The notes: generated from the letters alone by a model not told the origin. Shown: positions 48,165-58,471, counted from the stretch's first letter. The stretch: 64,000 nucleotides of DNA from Alphaproteobacteria bacterium (GCA_031549365.1 JAVBPX010000004.1:32001-96000), one strand, 5' to 3'. Numbers and translations are program-made.

Positions 48165-49055
48165 TTATGCGAATTTAAGGCCACTATCTTCATAAAATTC
48201 CGCCCTCTCTTCCCACTTCGGGTCAACTTTTACAAACAGTTTCAGTCGAACGCCCTGGCCCCATTCTTTTTGCAATTCTAAACGGGCGGCCATTCCAATA
48301 CGCTTCAAACTCTCGCCTCGTGTTCCAACAACAATTTTTTTATACGAATCTTTCGGGACAAAAATTGTTTGATCAATCTCAACAACACCTTCTTCTGTGT
48401 CTTTGATTTGATCCGTCATAACGTGAATATGATATGGCAATTCTTGGTGAATAAATTTATAAATTTTTTCGCGAGTAATTTCCGCAGCATATAATTTTTC
48501 AGGCACATCAACCGCAGTTTCCGGGTCAAATAAATATGGGGATTCAGGCATAACATCGGCCAACTTTTTTAATACAGCATCAACCCCTGTTTTCTTTAAT
48601 GCAGAAATCATAAACACTTCTTTAAAATTTGCCATTTCCATCAACGATTGGGCCAGAGGCAACAAATCCGCCTTGTTCACAGCATCCACCTTGTTTAATG
48701 CAACAAACAAATTCGGATGATCTGAAATACGTTTTAAAATATTTTTAATTGTCTGGGTAATTCCGTGCGTTGCATCAACCATTAACAACACAGCATCAGC
48801 CTGTAATATTGATCCATACGCCGCATCAACCATCGCACGATCCAAGCGTCGTTCCGGTTTAAAAATACCAGGCGTATCAATAAACACCAGCTGTTTATCA
48901 CCAACCATTTTCACAGCACGAATTTGCGTACGTGTTGTTTGAACTTTGTGCGAAACGATCGCAGCCTTTTGTCCAATAACCAAATTCAAAAACGTAGATT
49001 TACCAGCATTCGTCGGGCCAATAATAGCAACGAAACCAGAATAAGTTTTAATCAT
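48165..49055 (-). CDS. era: GTPase Era
   Basis: GPTNAGKST, QTTR, DTPG, NKVD, KH domain (QELPY, VGTRGESLKRIG). Confidence 0.96.
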   Translation of the reverse strand: MIKTYSGFVAIIGPTNAGKSTFLNLVIGQKAAIVSHKVQTTRTQIRAVKMVGDKQLVFIDTPGIFKPERRLDRAMVDAAYGSILQADAVLLMVDATHGITQTIKNILKRISDHPNLFVALNKVDAVNKADLLPLAQSLMEMANFKEVFMISALKKTGVDAVLKKLADVMPESPYLFDPETAVDVPEKLYAAEITREKIYKFIHQELPYHIHVMTDQIKDTEEGVVEIDQTIFVPKDSYKKIVVGTRGESLKRIGMAARLELQKEWGQGVRLKLFVKVDPKWEERAEFYEDSGLKFA

Positions 49056-50227
49056 TCATAATCCTTTAATATTTTATCAATTTCTTCGACTGTATACAGT
49101 GTATCAGATTGTAACCAAATTTGCAAAATTTGATCTATTTTTGTCCCAAATGTTGAAACATCGCGGCCCATATCATACCATTTTTGAATATAATACGAAC
49201 GAATTGGTGTAAAATCTGGATCCTCCATCGAAAAATCCATTTTGCGTCCACGCAAAATTGCCCAATCCATGCAAACATCACGTCCATATAAAAATAAACG
49301 CGCACGATTTGTTGATGTTACATCGTATAAACATTTGCGCAAATTGTTGTAATACTTTTTTTCATCCCGCGTTAAAACAAATCTTATTAAATTTGGAATA
49401 CGCCCTGCACAGCAAACGTACAAACGTAATAATACGCTGGCTCCACTGTGGACAACGCGTGAAAATAAAACTGGGTCAACATTCCCGCCAAACAAAATCC
49501 GTGACAATCCATCACGATTCAAAATTGAAATAACGTCCGTTGCTCGTTTTGTCATTAATATTTTAAACATTTCAGCACGAATTCTTTCGTTCGATACAGT
49601 CTTTAATTTATTTTTAAACAATCGACAACATAACCGTGAAAATCCAGTCAAACCAACACGACCATACCTACCCCAAAAACGATACATGCGCAAAATTCGC
49701 AAATAATCTTCGCGAATTCTAAAAAATGGCAAACCAATAAACTTAATTCGCCCAGTCCACAAATCATCCAATCCACGAACATCATCATGTAATGTTCCAT
49801 TCAAATCAACATACAACGCATTAATTGTAAAATCCCGACGACGAGCATCCAATTTCCAATCATGTGTCAATTTAATATCCGCATGACGCCCATAATTTTT
49901 AACATCGCGACGGAACGGAGCAATCTGAACATAAATTTTATCAAACCCATGATAAAAAATAAATGACACAACACCATAACGTTTATCCTGCTGCACGCCT
50001 GCAAACGGAGATCCCGGATATCCAGAACGACGCCGTAATGCATCATACACAACATCCATCGGTGCATCAGTTGAAATATCAACATCCTGGGTATCCAAAC
50101 CCAATAATGCATCCCTAACAACCCCGCCAACAAAATATACTGAATACCCTCGCCTCTGCATTAATGTTAAAAACACCATCAAAGGTTCCATCTGTAATAC
50201 GGCAAAGCGTTGCGGGCTTAATCTCAT
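49052..50227 (-). CDS. CCA tRNA nucleotidyltransferase (PolyA_pol family)
   Basis: VGGVVRDALLG...DVD, DARRRDFTINAL, EDYLRILR, VSNERIRAE. Confidence 0.9.
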   Translation of the reverse strand: MRLSPQRFAVLQMEPLMVFLTLMQRRGYSVYFVGGVVRDALLGLDTQDVDISTDAPMDVVYDALRRRSGYPGSPFAGVQQDKRYGVVSFIFYHGFDKIYVQIAPFRRDVKNYGRHADIKLTHDWKLDARRRDFTINALYVDLNGTLHDDVRGLDDLWTGRIKFIGLPFFRIREDYLRILRMYRFWGRYGRVGLTGFSRLCCRLFKNKLKTVSNERIRAEMFKILMTKRATDVISILNRDGLSRILFGGNVDPVLFSRVVHSGASVLLRLYVCCAGRIPNLIRFVLTRDEKKYYNNLRKCLYDVTSTNRARLFLYGRDVCMDWAILRGRKMDFSMEDPDFTPIRSYYIQKWYDMGRDVSTFGTKIDQILQIWLQSDTLYTVEEIDKILKDYE

Positions 50228-50312
50228 ACCGCTATTTAACCATAATAATTTGGGATGTAAAGCACTTTATACACCACTTGCGCGATAAAAAAATATGTGC
50301 TATAAATCACGC

Positions 50313-51410
50313 ATGAAAAAAATAATTTACCTATTTTTAATAATGATTTCATTGCCACTGTATGCAGCAAGCGATTCAGAATTGGGAAAAATCCAATCGG
50401 ACATACGGACTGCGGAATCCCGCCAACGTGCTTTGGAAAAACAATCTTCTGAATTGGCAAAATCCATGAATAAAACCAAATCAGAATTGGTAACTTCGGC
50501 AAAAAAAATGAAGGGCTTGGAATCAGAAAAGAGTCAATTGGACACAAAACTATCAAAATTAACCAACGAACGTGATCGATTACGTGCAAAATTGGGCGCA
50601 CATCAATCCGAAATGTCTTTTGCTGTGGCGTCATTATTGCACATGTCGCATACTCCTGGGTCCATTGCATTAACAGCACACGCATCCGAAATGGACGACA
50701 CGGTACATGCATCCGAATTATTGCGCACAATGTCTGAACAATTTTCCAATCAAATAACAGAATATGAAAAACAACTGGCTGAATTAAATTCCGTTCAAAA
50801 ACAAATCGGAACTGAACGAGAAAAATTGGGCAAAACCATGGTTAAATACAAATCTCAACAATCGGATTTGGAAAAATTAATGTCCGATCGACGCAAACAA
50901 AATAAGAGCCTGCTGTCCGAACAGCAAGAATTACAAAAAAAACTGCGCGCCCTGGCGGAACGGGCAAAATCATTGACGGACCTGGTCGAAGCAACGCCCA
51001 AAGCAAAAACATACCGCCCTCCATCCGGCGGTGGCGCCACAATGGATTCGCCAGTACTTGGAATGTTGTTACGTGGCTGGCGCGATAAATCCGCACTGGG
51101 ATTAATATCAGACGGCTGGTACATCCGAACACCAAATAACGCAACTGTAACGGCACCTGCGGATGCAACAGTTGCATTTGCGGACCATTTCAAAGGCTAT
51201 AATAAAATCTTGATTTTGGATCATCATAACGGCTATTATAGCGTATTGACAGGATTGGAAATTTTGGACGTTATGGTTGGTCAATCGGTATTGGGCGGGG
51301 AACCCATTGCGCGGATGGGTCCAACAAACCCAGAGTTATATTTGGAATTACGATACAAGAATCAGGCAATTGATCCTGCCACCAGATACAGACAACCCAG
51401 AGGAAGGTAA
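50313..51410 (+). CDS. envC: Murein hydrolase activator EnvC
   Basis: Signal peptide, long coiled coil, degenerate M23 domain (LYLELR); precedes the S41 peptidase. Confidence 0.85.
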   Translation: MKKIIYLFLIMISLPLYAASDSELGKIQSDIRTAESRQRALEKQSSELAKSMNKTKSELVTSAKKMKGLESEKSQLDTKLSKLTNERDRLRAKLGAHQSEMSFAVASLLHMSHTPGSIALTAHASEMDDTVHASELLRTMSEQFSNQITEYEKQLAELNSVQKQIGTEREKLGKTMVKYKSQQSDLEKLMSDRRKQNKSLLSEQQELQKKLRALAERAKSLTDLVEATPKAKTYRPPSGGGATMDSPVLGMLLRGWRDKSALGLISDGWYIRTPNNATVTAPADATVAFADHFKGYNKILILDHHNGYYSVLTGLEILDVMVGQSVLGGEPIARMGPTNPELYLELRYKNQAIDPATRYRQPRGR

Positions 51411-51411
51411 A

Positions 51412-52836
51412 ATGTTTAAAAAATTTATACTATGTCTATTTTTATTAATGTCCCCGGCCATCGCCGCGGAAAAACCGGAACCGATTAAACATCTGTCAGA
51501 CGAACAAATATACGAAATGATGAAAAAATTCGCCATGGCATTCGAAGTGGCCCGCACTGATTACGTCGAAGAAATTGATGAAAAAAAGGCCATCGAAGCC
51601 GCAATTAACGGCATGTTGGAATCATTGGATCCACATTCCAGTTATTTAAATGCAGATGACTATCATGATTTCACAGACCGCACATCCGGTCAATTTGGGG
51701 GATTGGGAATACAAATTACGGCCGATCGTGGCGTAATCAAAGTTATATCGCCAATGGACGATTCTCCTGCGCAACGTGCTGGGATAAACGCAGGCGATTA
51801 TATTACACACATCGACAACGAACAGGTCCAAGGCTTAACATTAACCCAAGCCGTAAAAAAAATGAAAGGCAAACCCGGGACCAAAGTCAAATTAACAATC
51901 ATCGGGAAAAGCATGGCCGAACCAAAAACAATTACCCTGACCCGCGCAATGATCAAGGTTAATTCCGTTAAATTCGAATTAAAAGATGACAATGTTGGTT
52001 ATATTAGAATCTCTGATTTTGGTGCAACAACTGTCCGTGAATTACACAATGCTATCAAAGACTTAAATGCCCGCGCCAAAAAGAACAAAAAAGAAATCAT
52101 CGGATATGTAATTGATGTCCGTAACAATCCAGGCGGATTTTTGGAAGCAGCAATCGGCGTTTCCGATACTTTCCTGGAATCTGGGGAAATTGTATCAACC
52201 CGCGGACGTAAAAAAACCGATGTTGATCGCAGTTACGCAAAATCCGGCGATATGGCCAACGGCAAACCAATTGTAGTTTTGATCAATCACGGATCTGCAT
52301 CTGCATCTGAAATTGTTGCCGGCGCAATCCAAGACAACAAACGCGGATTGGTAATGGGAACCCAAAGTTTTGGCAAAGGTTCGGTTCAACAACAAAAAGT
52401 TTTGGGCGATAACACAGCAATTCATTTAACAATTGCACGTTATTATACACCAAACGGCACATCAATCCAAGGCAAAGGGATTACACCTGATGTCGAAATA
52501 ATGCAGTCCAAAGTTGAAACTCTGGAAAAGAAAACCGACATTTTTTCCGAAGCAACCTTAATCAATGCATTAAAAAACGAGGATGATAAATCAGACAAAA
52601 ACAACGAAAAATCTGACGAAAAAAAAGATGATAAATCCGATTATCAATTGGAACGTGCGGTTGATATGGTTCGTGCATTGTCTGTAATGCAACCAAAACC
52701 AACTGCTGAAAAATCTGATGATAAATCGGGCGATAAAAAATCAGAATCAAAATCTGAAAAAAAAGATTCCGATAAAAAAATCGTACCATCCGATCAACGC
52801 GCCAACGAATCCGACAAAAGCGCAGACAAAAAATAA
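51412..52836 (+). CDS. ctpA: Carboxy-terminal processing protease (S41A)
   Basis: LDPHSSY, PDZ domain, DVRNNPGG, SASASEIVAG, SFGKGSVQ; Lys/Asp/Ser-rich tail. Confidence 0.93.
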   Translation: MFKKFILCLFLLMSPAIAAEKPEPIKHLSDEQIYEMMKKFAMAFEVARTDYVEEIDEKKAIEAAINGMLESLDPHSSYLNADDYHDFTDRTSGQFGGLGIQITADRGVIKVISPMDDSPAQRAGINAGDYITHIDNEQVQGLTLTQAVKKMKGKPGTKVKLTIIGKSMAEPKTITLTRAMIKVNSVKFELKDDNVGYIRISDFGATTVRELHNAIKDLNARAKKNKKEIIGYVIDVRNNPGGFLEAAIGVSDTFLESGEIVSTRGRKKTDVDRSYAKSGDMANGKPIVVLINHGSASASEIVAGAIQDNKRGLVMGTQSFGKGSVQQQKVLGDNTAIHLTIARYYTPNGTSIQGKGITPDVEIMQSKVETLEKKTDIFSEATLINALKNEDDKSDKNNEKSDEKKDDKSDYQLERAVDMVRALSVMQPKPTAEKSDDKSGDKKSESKSEKKDSDKKIVPSDQRANESDKSADKK

Positions 52837-52859
52837 CAACAAACAAAAAGACAGAAACT

Positions 52860-55800
52860 ATGACAAAAAAAACATTAATTGTTGATGGAAATTTTGCTGC
52901 TGCCGAAGTTGCATATCGTTGTTCCGAATTCTCGGCAATTTATCCTATTACACCTTCGTCCACGATGGGCGAATTGGCCGACGAATGGGCATTCCAGCAT
53001 AAAAAAAATATCTGGGGAAACATTCCATCCATTCTGGAAATGCAGTCCGAAGCAGGTGCCGCAGGCACATTGCACGGCGCATTGCAAATGGGAAATTTAT
53101 GCACGACTTTTACAGCGTCCCAGGGGCTATTATTAATGATTCCAAACATGTATAAAATCGCGGGCGAATTATCACCATTTGTTATGCATGTTGCAGCCCG
53201 CACCGTTGCCACACACGCATTATCCATTTTCGGCGACCATTCTGACGTTATGGCATGTCGCGGAACTGGATTCGCAATGTTGTGTTCCAATACGGTCCAA
53301 GAGGCCCACGACATGGCCGCAATCGCACACGCATCCACATTGGAATCTCGCGTACCTTTTCTGCACTTTTTTGATGGGTTCCGCACATCACATGAAATCG
53401 CAAAAATTGATTATATTGAAAATTCTGTTTTGGAAAAAATGTTACCTCTGGAACGTATTATTTCATTGCGTTCCCGTGCCATGAAACCGGAAAACCCATA
53501 TATCAAAGGGACAGCACAAAATCCTGACGTTTATTTCCAAGCCCGCGAAGCATCAAATCCATATTACAACAACATCACTGAAATTGTAAAAAACAACATG
53601 AAAAAATTCGCTGAATTAACAGGACGCGAATATAATTTAGTTGAATATATCGGCGATGAACATGCCGAAAATGTATTGGTTATCATGGGTTCTGGCGCAT
53701 CCACAGTCCAAGAAACATTACCAGAATTACCATCAAAAACCGGATTGGTAAAAATCCATTTGTATCGTCCATTTCCATCCACTGATTTTGTAAATGTATT
53801 ACCAAAATCTGTTAAAAAAATTGCTGTACTGGATCGGACCAAGGAACCAGGGGCCACTGGCGAACCATTATACTTGGATGTAATCACAGCATTACACGAA
53901 GCCGGAATTAATAACATCAACGTATATGGCGGACGCTATGGTTTATCATCCAAAGAATTCCGTCCCAAAGACGTCAAAGCTGTATTTGACATGTTGATGT
54001 CGAACAACTCAAAACGCGAATTCACAGTTGGAATCACGGACGACGTTACAAAATTATCATTGGATACCGATGATTTTTTCACATTAAAACATGATGATGT
54101 AAAATCTGCATTAATGTGGGGATTGGGATCCGACGGGACAGTTGGCGCATCCAAAAACGTAATTAAAATCGTTGGCGAAGAATCCGATTTATACCCCCAA
54201 GGATACGCCGTATACGATTCAAAAAAATCAGGGTCCGTCACAGCATCACATTTGCGTTTTTCCAAAAATCCAATTTTATCGCAATACTTGGTTGAATCTG
54301 CCGACTTTATTTCATGTTCACAATTTCCAATCGCACAACGTTTGGATATCTTCAAAACATTAAAACCATTGGGAATTGTTTTAATAAACACATCAATGGA
54401 TCCAAAGGTTGCATTTAAAAACCTGCCCCGCGAAACCCAGGAATTTTTATTACGCCAACGCGCAAAAATATATTTCATTGATGCAAACCGCGCGGCCGCA
54501 GAATTGGGATTGGGAAAACGTATTAATACATTTATTTTGGCAAATTTCTTTTACCTGTCGAAAATTATTGATCCAAAAATTGCATTCGAATCAATGAAAA
54601 CAGCTATTGAAAAAACCTATCGCAAAAAAGGCGATGAAATCGTTCAAATGAATTTGGCTGCGATTGATCGTGCCCCTGAATTTTTGGTTGAATTTACATT
54701 ACCAACCAGCGTTACACCATTCGCATCCGATTTCATTCCTCCAATGGTCGGCAATGTGCCAGATTTTGTTAAAAACGTATTGGGCGAAATTTCTGCCGGT
54801 CGTGGTGATGAATTACCAACATCTGCATTTAACCCTGATGGATCATTCCCATCAGCAACATCACAATACGAAAAACGCTATATCGCAGACCGCATTCCAA
54901 CATGGGACAACGAAACATGTATCCAATGCGGTAAATGTGCATTTGTTTGCCCGCACAGCGCAATCCGTTTGCACGTCAACAAAACTTCCGATTTCAAAAA
55001 TGCACCGGATGGCTTTGTACATGTTCCATATAAAACACCTGAACTGGGACCAGATTTGGAATTTGCATTAACTGTATCCGCGGCCGATTGTACTGGATGT
55101 GGTGTATGTGTTAAAAATTGTCCCGCCGCGACCAAGGCAAACCCACATGTCAAAGCAATTAAAATGACGGACATTGCTGATGTTTCTGAAAAATCACAAC
55201 GCGATTTTGATTACGCAGAAACTCTGCCACCATTTGATAAAACAAAATTAAATTTGAACATTCCAAAACACACACAATTATTGGAGACAATGTTTGAATT
55301 TCCCGGGGCCTGTGGTGGATGTGGGGAAACACCATATTTACGATTGGTAACACAATTATTCGGGGATCGTATGGTAATCGCAAACGCAACCGGCTGTTCA
55401 TCGATTTACGGCGCAAATTTGCCAACAACACCATATTCAAAAAATTCCAATGGTATGGGGCCTGCCTGGTCAAATTCATTATTCGAAGACAATGCAGAAT
55501 ACGGGCTGGGCATGCGCATGGCAATGAATCAAAATATGCATATTGCTCAATCATTGTTGCACGAATTGAAAAACGAAATTGGCAATGATCTGGTTAATGC
55601 GATTTTAAACAACGAAATGAAAACCGAATCTGAAATCATTGATCAACGTCAAAATATTGCGACATTGAAATCTGTTTTAACAACAATTAAAAATGATCGC
55701 GCAACAATGTTGGATTCGCTGGCTGATTCATTGGTTAAAAAATCATTGTGGATTATCGGTGGCGACGGTTGGGCGTACGATATCGGCTACGGAGGTTTGG

Positions 55801-56417
55801 ATCACGTATTACATTCTGGTCAAAATGTTAATATACTTGTAATGGATACCGAGGGATATTCCAACACCGGCGGTCAACAGTCCAAAGCAACACCATTCGG
55901 CGCATCCATGAAGTTCGCGGTGGGCGGCAAGGATCAACACAAAAAAGATTTGGGCATGATTGCAATGATGTCGGGCGCATACGTTGCACAAATTGCACTG
56001 GGCGCTGATCAAGCCCAAGCAATCCGTGCAATCCGCGAGGCCGAAGCCTTCAACGGCCCATCCCTGATCTTGGCATACAGCCCATGTATCGCACACGGAT
56101 TCGAATTATCCAACGGTGCCGAACATCAACAAAAATTGGTTAAAACTGGTGCATGGCCATTATATCGCTTTAACCCAGATTTGATTGAATCAAATACTGC
56201 ACCATTAATCATGGATTCGGGCGAAGCGTCATTACCATTATCGGATTTCGTATCGACCGAGGGTCGTTTCAACATCGTCCGTTCAACAAACGCAACACGA
56301 TTTGAAAAATTGATGACACGTGCGGAAACAGATAATGAATATCGTCGCGAATTAAAAAAACACATTTCAAATTTCGCATTAATGCGTAAAACTCCAAAAG
56401 AAGGCGGGGAAGGATAA
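52860..56417 (+). CDS. nifJ: Pyruvate:ferredoxin (flavodoxin) oxidoreductase
   Basis: YPITPSS, FTASQGLLLM, GLGSDGTVGA, two CxxCxxCxxxCP ferredoxin motifs, GACGGCGE, GGDGWAYDIG. Confidence 0.97.
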   Translation: MTKKTLIVDGNFAAAEVAYRCSEFSAIYPITPSSTMGELADEWAFQHKKNIWGNIPSILEMQSEAGAAGTLHGALQMGNLCTTFTASQGLLLMIPNMYKIAGELSPFVMHVAARTVATHALSIFGDHSDVMACRGTGFAMLCSNTVQEAHDMAAIAHASTLESRVPFLHFFDGFRTSHEIAKIDYIENSVLEKMLPLERIISLRSRAMKPENPYIKGTAQNPDVYFQAREASNPYYNNITEIVKNNMKKFAELTGREYNLVEYIGDEHAENVLVIMGSGASTVQETLPELPSKTGLVKIHLYRPFPSTDFVNVLPKSVKKIAVLDRTKEPGATGEPLYLDVITALHEAGINNINVYGGRYGLSSKEFRPKDVKAVFDMLMSNNSKREFTVGITDDVTKLSLDTDDFFTLKHDDVKSALMWGLGSDGTVGASKNVIKIVGEESDLYPQGYAVYDSKKSGSVTASHLRFSKNPILSQYLVESADFISCSQFPIAQRLDIFKTLKPLGIVLINTSMDPKVAFKNLPRETQEFLLRQRAKIYFIDANRAAAELGLGKRINTFILANFFYLSKIIDPKIAFESMKTAIEKTYRKKGDEIVQMNLAAIDRAPEFLVEFTLPTSVTPFASDFIPPMVGNVPDFVKNVLGEISAGRGDELPTSAFNPDGSFPSATSQYEKRYIADRIPTWDNETCIQCGKCAFVCPHSAIRLHVNKTSDFKNAPDGFVHVPYKTPELGPDLEFALTVSAADCTGCGVCVKNCPAATKANPHVKAIKMTDIADVSEKSQRDFDYAETLPPFDKTKLNLNIPKHTQLLETMFEFPGACGGCGETPYLRLVTQLFGDRMVIANATGCSSIYGANLPTTPYSKNSNGMGPAWSNSLFEDNAEYGLGMRMAMNQNMHIAQSLLHELKNEIGNDLVNAILNNEMKTESEIIDQRQNIATLKSVLTTIKNDRATMLDSLADSLVKKSLWIIGGDGWAYDIGYGGLDHVLHSGQNVNILVMDTEGYSNTGGQQSKATPFGASMKFAVGGKDQHKKDLGMIAMMSGAYVAQIALGADQAQAIRAIREAEAFNGPSLILAYSPCIAHGFELSNGAEHQQKLVKTGAWPLYRFNPDLIESNTAPLIMDSGEASLPLSDFVSTEGRFNIVRSTNATRFEKLMTRAETDNEYRRELKKHISNFALMRKTPKEGGEG

Positions 56418-56848
56418 TGAAAAAATTTCTGTTAATAACATTGGCATTAATTTCGGTTTGCGGTTGCACAACAAATACAAAACACCGTGGATATATATTC
56501 CCCTCAGATATTGATAATGTTGTTGAAACCTTGAAAACTCGTGATGATGTTCAACAGAAATTGGGAAATCCATCTGCACAAACAATATATGGAAAACCGT
56601 TGTGGATTTATTATGGATACGATGAAAATTATCGTGGCCCACTACCATTAAAATACGATAACAAACAGGTTTTATTAATCCAATTCAATGGTGAAATAGT
56701 TACTAGCAAAAAAATCCTAACCGATACGGATCTGCCTGATGATTTTTGTATGGATTCAGATGAAACTGCCGTACCTGGCGCAGTTGATTTGAACATGTTC
56801 GAAGAATTATTTAATAACATTGGACGATTCAGTCCATCCGGTATATAA
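56417..56848 (+). CDS. bamE: Outer membrane assembly lipoprotein BamE-like
   Basis: Lipobox (VCGC), HRGY, VQQKLGNPS, WIYYG, ELFNNIGRF. Confidence 0.75.
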   Translation: MKKFLLITLALISVCGCTTNTKHRGYIFPSDIDNVVETLKTRDDVQQKLGNPSAQTIYGKPLWIYYGYDENYRGPLPLKYDNKQVLLIQFNGEIVTSKKILTDTDLPDDFCMDSDETAVPGAVDLNMFEELFNNIGRFSPSGI

Positions 56849-56864
56849 CGAGAGGGAGAAAATC

Positions 56865-57359
56865 ATGAAAAAATTATTGATAGCCGCTGCAACATTGTTA
56901 ACAATACCATCGTACGCAAATGTTGATTGCGGTGATGGATGGGTTGTCGCATCCAGCAAGAGCGGGAGTCAAACACACCAATGCGAAAAATTATGGTGCA
57001 TTGATTTAGAAACCGGGAAATCCATGGGATCTGGAAATTCTGCAAATTCTGGATACATTATGGGTTCAAATCCAAATTCAATATCAGCATACGGAAAATC
57101 CGTAACATGTTGGGGCGAACGCAAATGGTGTTCCGGGGCGGGGAATGGCGATTGGAGCGATGAAATGGGCGCATATATCCGCAACGGCGGCACAGCATAC
57201 GAAACACAATTATCTGGCGGTTGCTGGAAATGGGATTTAACCAAACCCAAATGCCCATCTGGCACAGTTGCGATATTACAGGATAACGAATGGGCTTGCG
57301 GCCGCGAAAGCGCCACAGTTACAACAAAAACACCACCGCGCGCTGTAACAAAACGTTAA
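56865..57359 (+). CDS. Exported Cys/Trp/Gly-rich small protein
   Basis: RBS GAGGGAG, signal peptide, 8 Cys. Confidence 0.75.
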   Translation: MKKLLIAAATLLTIPSYANVDCGDGWVVASSKSGSQTHQCEKLWCIDLETGKSMGSGNSANSGYIMGSNPNSISAYGKSVTCWGERKWCSGAGNGDWSDEMGAYIRNGGTAYETQLSGGCWKWDLTKPKCPSGTVAILQDNEWACGRESATVTTKTPPRAVTKR

Positions 57360-57360
57360 C

Positions 57361-57390
57361 TAAAAATCCCGGATTAATCCGGGATTTTTA
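57361..57390 (+). terminator. Perfect 30-bp palindrome terminator
   Basis: TAAAAATCCCGGATTAATCCGGGATTTTTA. Confidence 0.85.
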
Positions 57391-57427
57391 ATTTGAATTT
57401 TATGTGTTTTCGTGCTACATTCTATTT

Positions 57428-58471
57428 ATGAAAAATAAAAACATATTATGCTTGGGAATCGAATCATCATGCGACGAAACAGCCGCAGCGATCGTCGATT
57501 CAAACAAAAACATTTTGGGTCATATAATTTATTCACAAATTCCTGAACACCAACCATACGGTGGTGTTGTCCCTGAATTGGCTGCACGTTCGCACATATT
57601 GGCAATCGATCATGTAATAAATGAAACTTTGCGCGCCGCAAATAAAACTATTGACGACATTGACATCGTGGCTGCAACATCTGGCCCAGGATTAATTGGC
57701 GGCGTACTGGTTGGATTAATGACGGCCCAGGGGATTGCAAAATCCACAAACAAACCATTTGTATCGATTAATCATCTCGAGGGTCATGCCCTGACCCCAC
57801 GCCTAACATCCGAAATTCCATTTCCATATTTATTAATGTTGGCCAGTGGCGGACACTGTCAAATTTTATTGGTACACGGCGTTGGTAATTATGAATTATT
57901 GGGGCAAACATTGGATGACGCCGCGGGCGAGGCATTCGACAAAGTTGCAAAAATGCTGGGATTGGGTTATCCCGGCGGTCCAATCGTGGAACAACGCGCA
58001 ACATTGGGTGATTCAACAAAATTTAATTTTCCACGTCCATTGGTTGGACAACCAAATTGCGACTTTTCATTCAGCGGAATAAAAACATCCGCCCGAAATT
58101 TATTAAACAAACACGGACCAATGTCTGATATTGATATTAATGATTTTTGCGCATCATTCCAATTGGCTGTATGTGATTGCATAATTGACCGTTTATCAAT
58201 GGCTCTAAAAATGCCAACAACAATTAACGCAAAACCAAAAACAATGGTTGTCGCAGGTGGCGTTGCAAAAAACATGGCAATCCGCTCTCGCATGGAAGAA
58301 TTGGCAACAAAAAATAATATGATTTTTTCCGCCCCACCCTTGTCATTATGCACCGATAACGGCGCAATGATTGCATGGGCAGGCATTGAAAATTATTTGG
58401 TTGGAAATTACACACACGAACCTGTCGCTGCGCGTCCACGTTGGCCATTAACGGAATTAAAAAATGATTAA
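57428..58471 (+). CDS. tsaD: tRNA threonylcarbamoyltransferase TsaD
   Basis: GIESSCDET, GGVVPELAARSH, NHLEGH, SGGH, DDAAGEAFDK, TDNGAMIA. Confidence 0.98.
   Translation: MKNKNILCLGIESSCDETAAAIVDSNKNILGHIIYSQIPEHQPYGGVVPELAARSHILAIDHVINETLRAANKTIDDIDIVAATSGPGLIGGVLVGLMTAQGIAKSTNKPFVSINHLEGHALTPRLTSEIPFPYLLMLASGGHCQILLVHGVGNYELLGQTLDDAAGEAFDKVAKMLGLGYPGGPIVEQRATLGDSTKFNFPRPLVGQPNCDFSFSGIKTSARNLLNKHGPMSDIDINDFCASFQLAVCDCIIDRLSMALKMPTTINAKPKTMVVAGGVAKNMAIRSRMEELATKNNMIFSAPPLSLCTDNGAMIAWAGIENYLVGNYTHEPVAARPRWPLTELKND

Noticed and set aside
50313-51410. M23 domain lacking zinc ligands as a pseudogene
   Set aside because: Expected for EnvC, a non-catalytic activator
52575-52836. Repetitive KSDDK/KSDEK tail of CtpA
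   Set aside because: Low-complexity disordered tail, not a DNA repeat element
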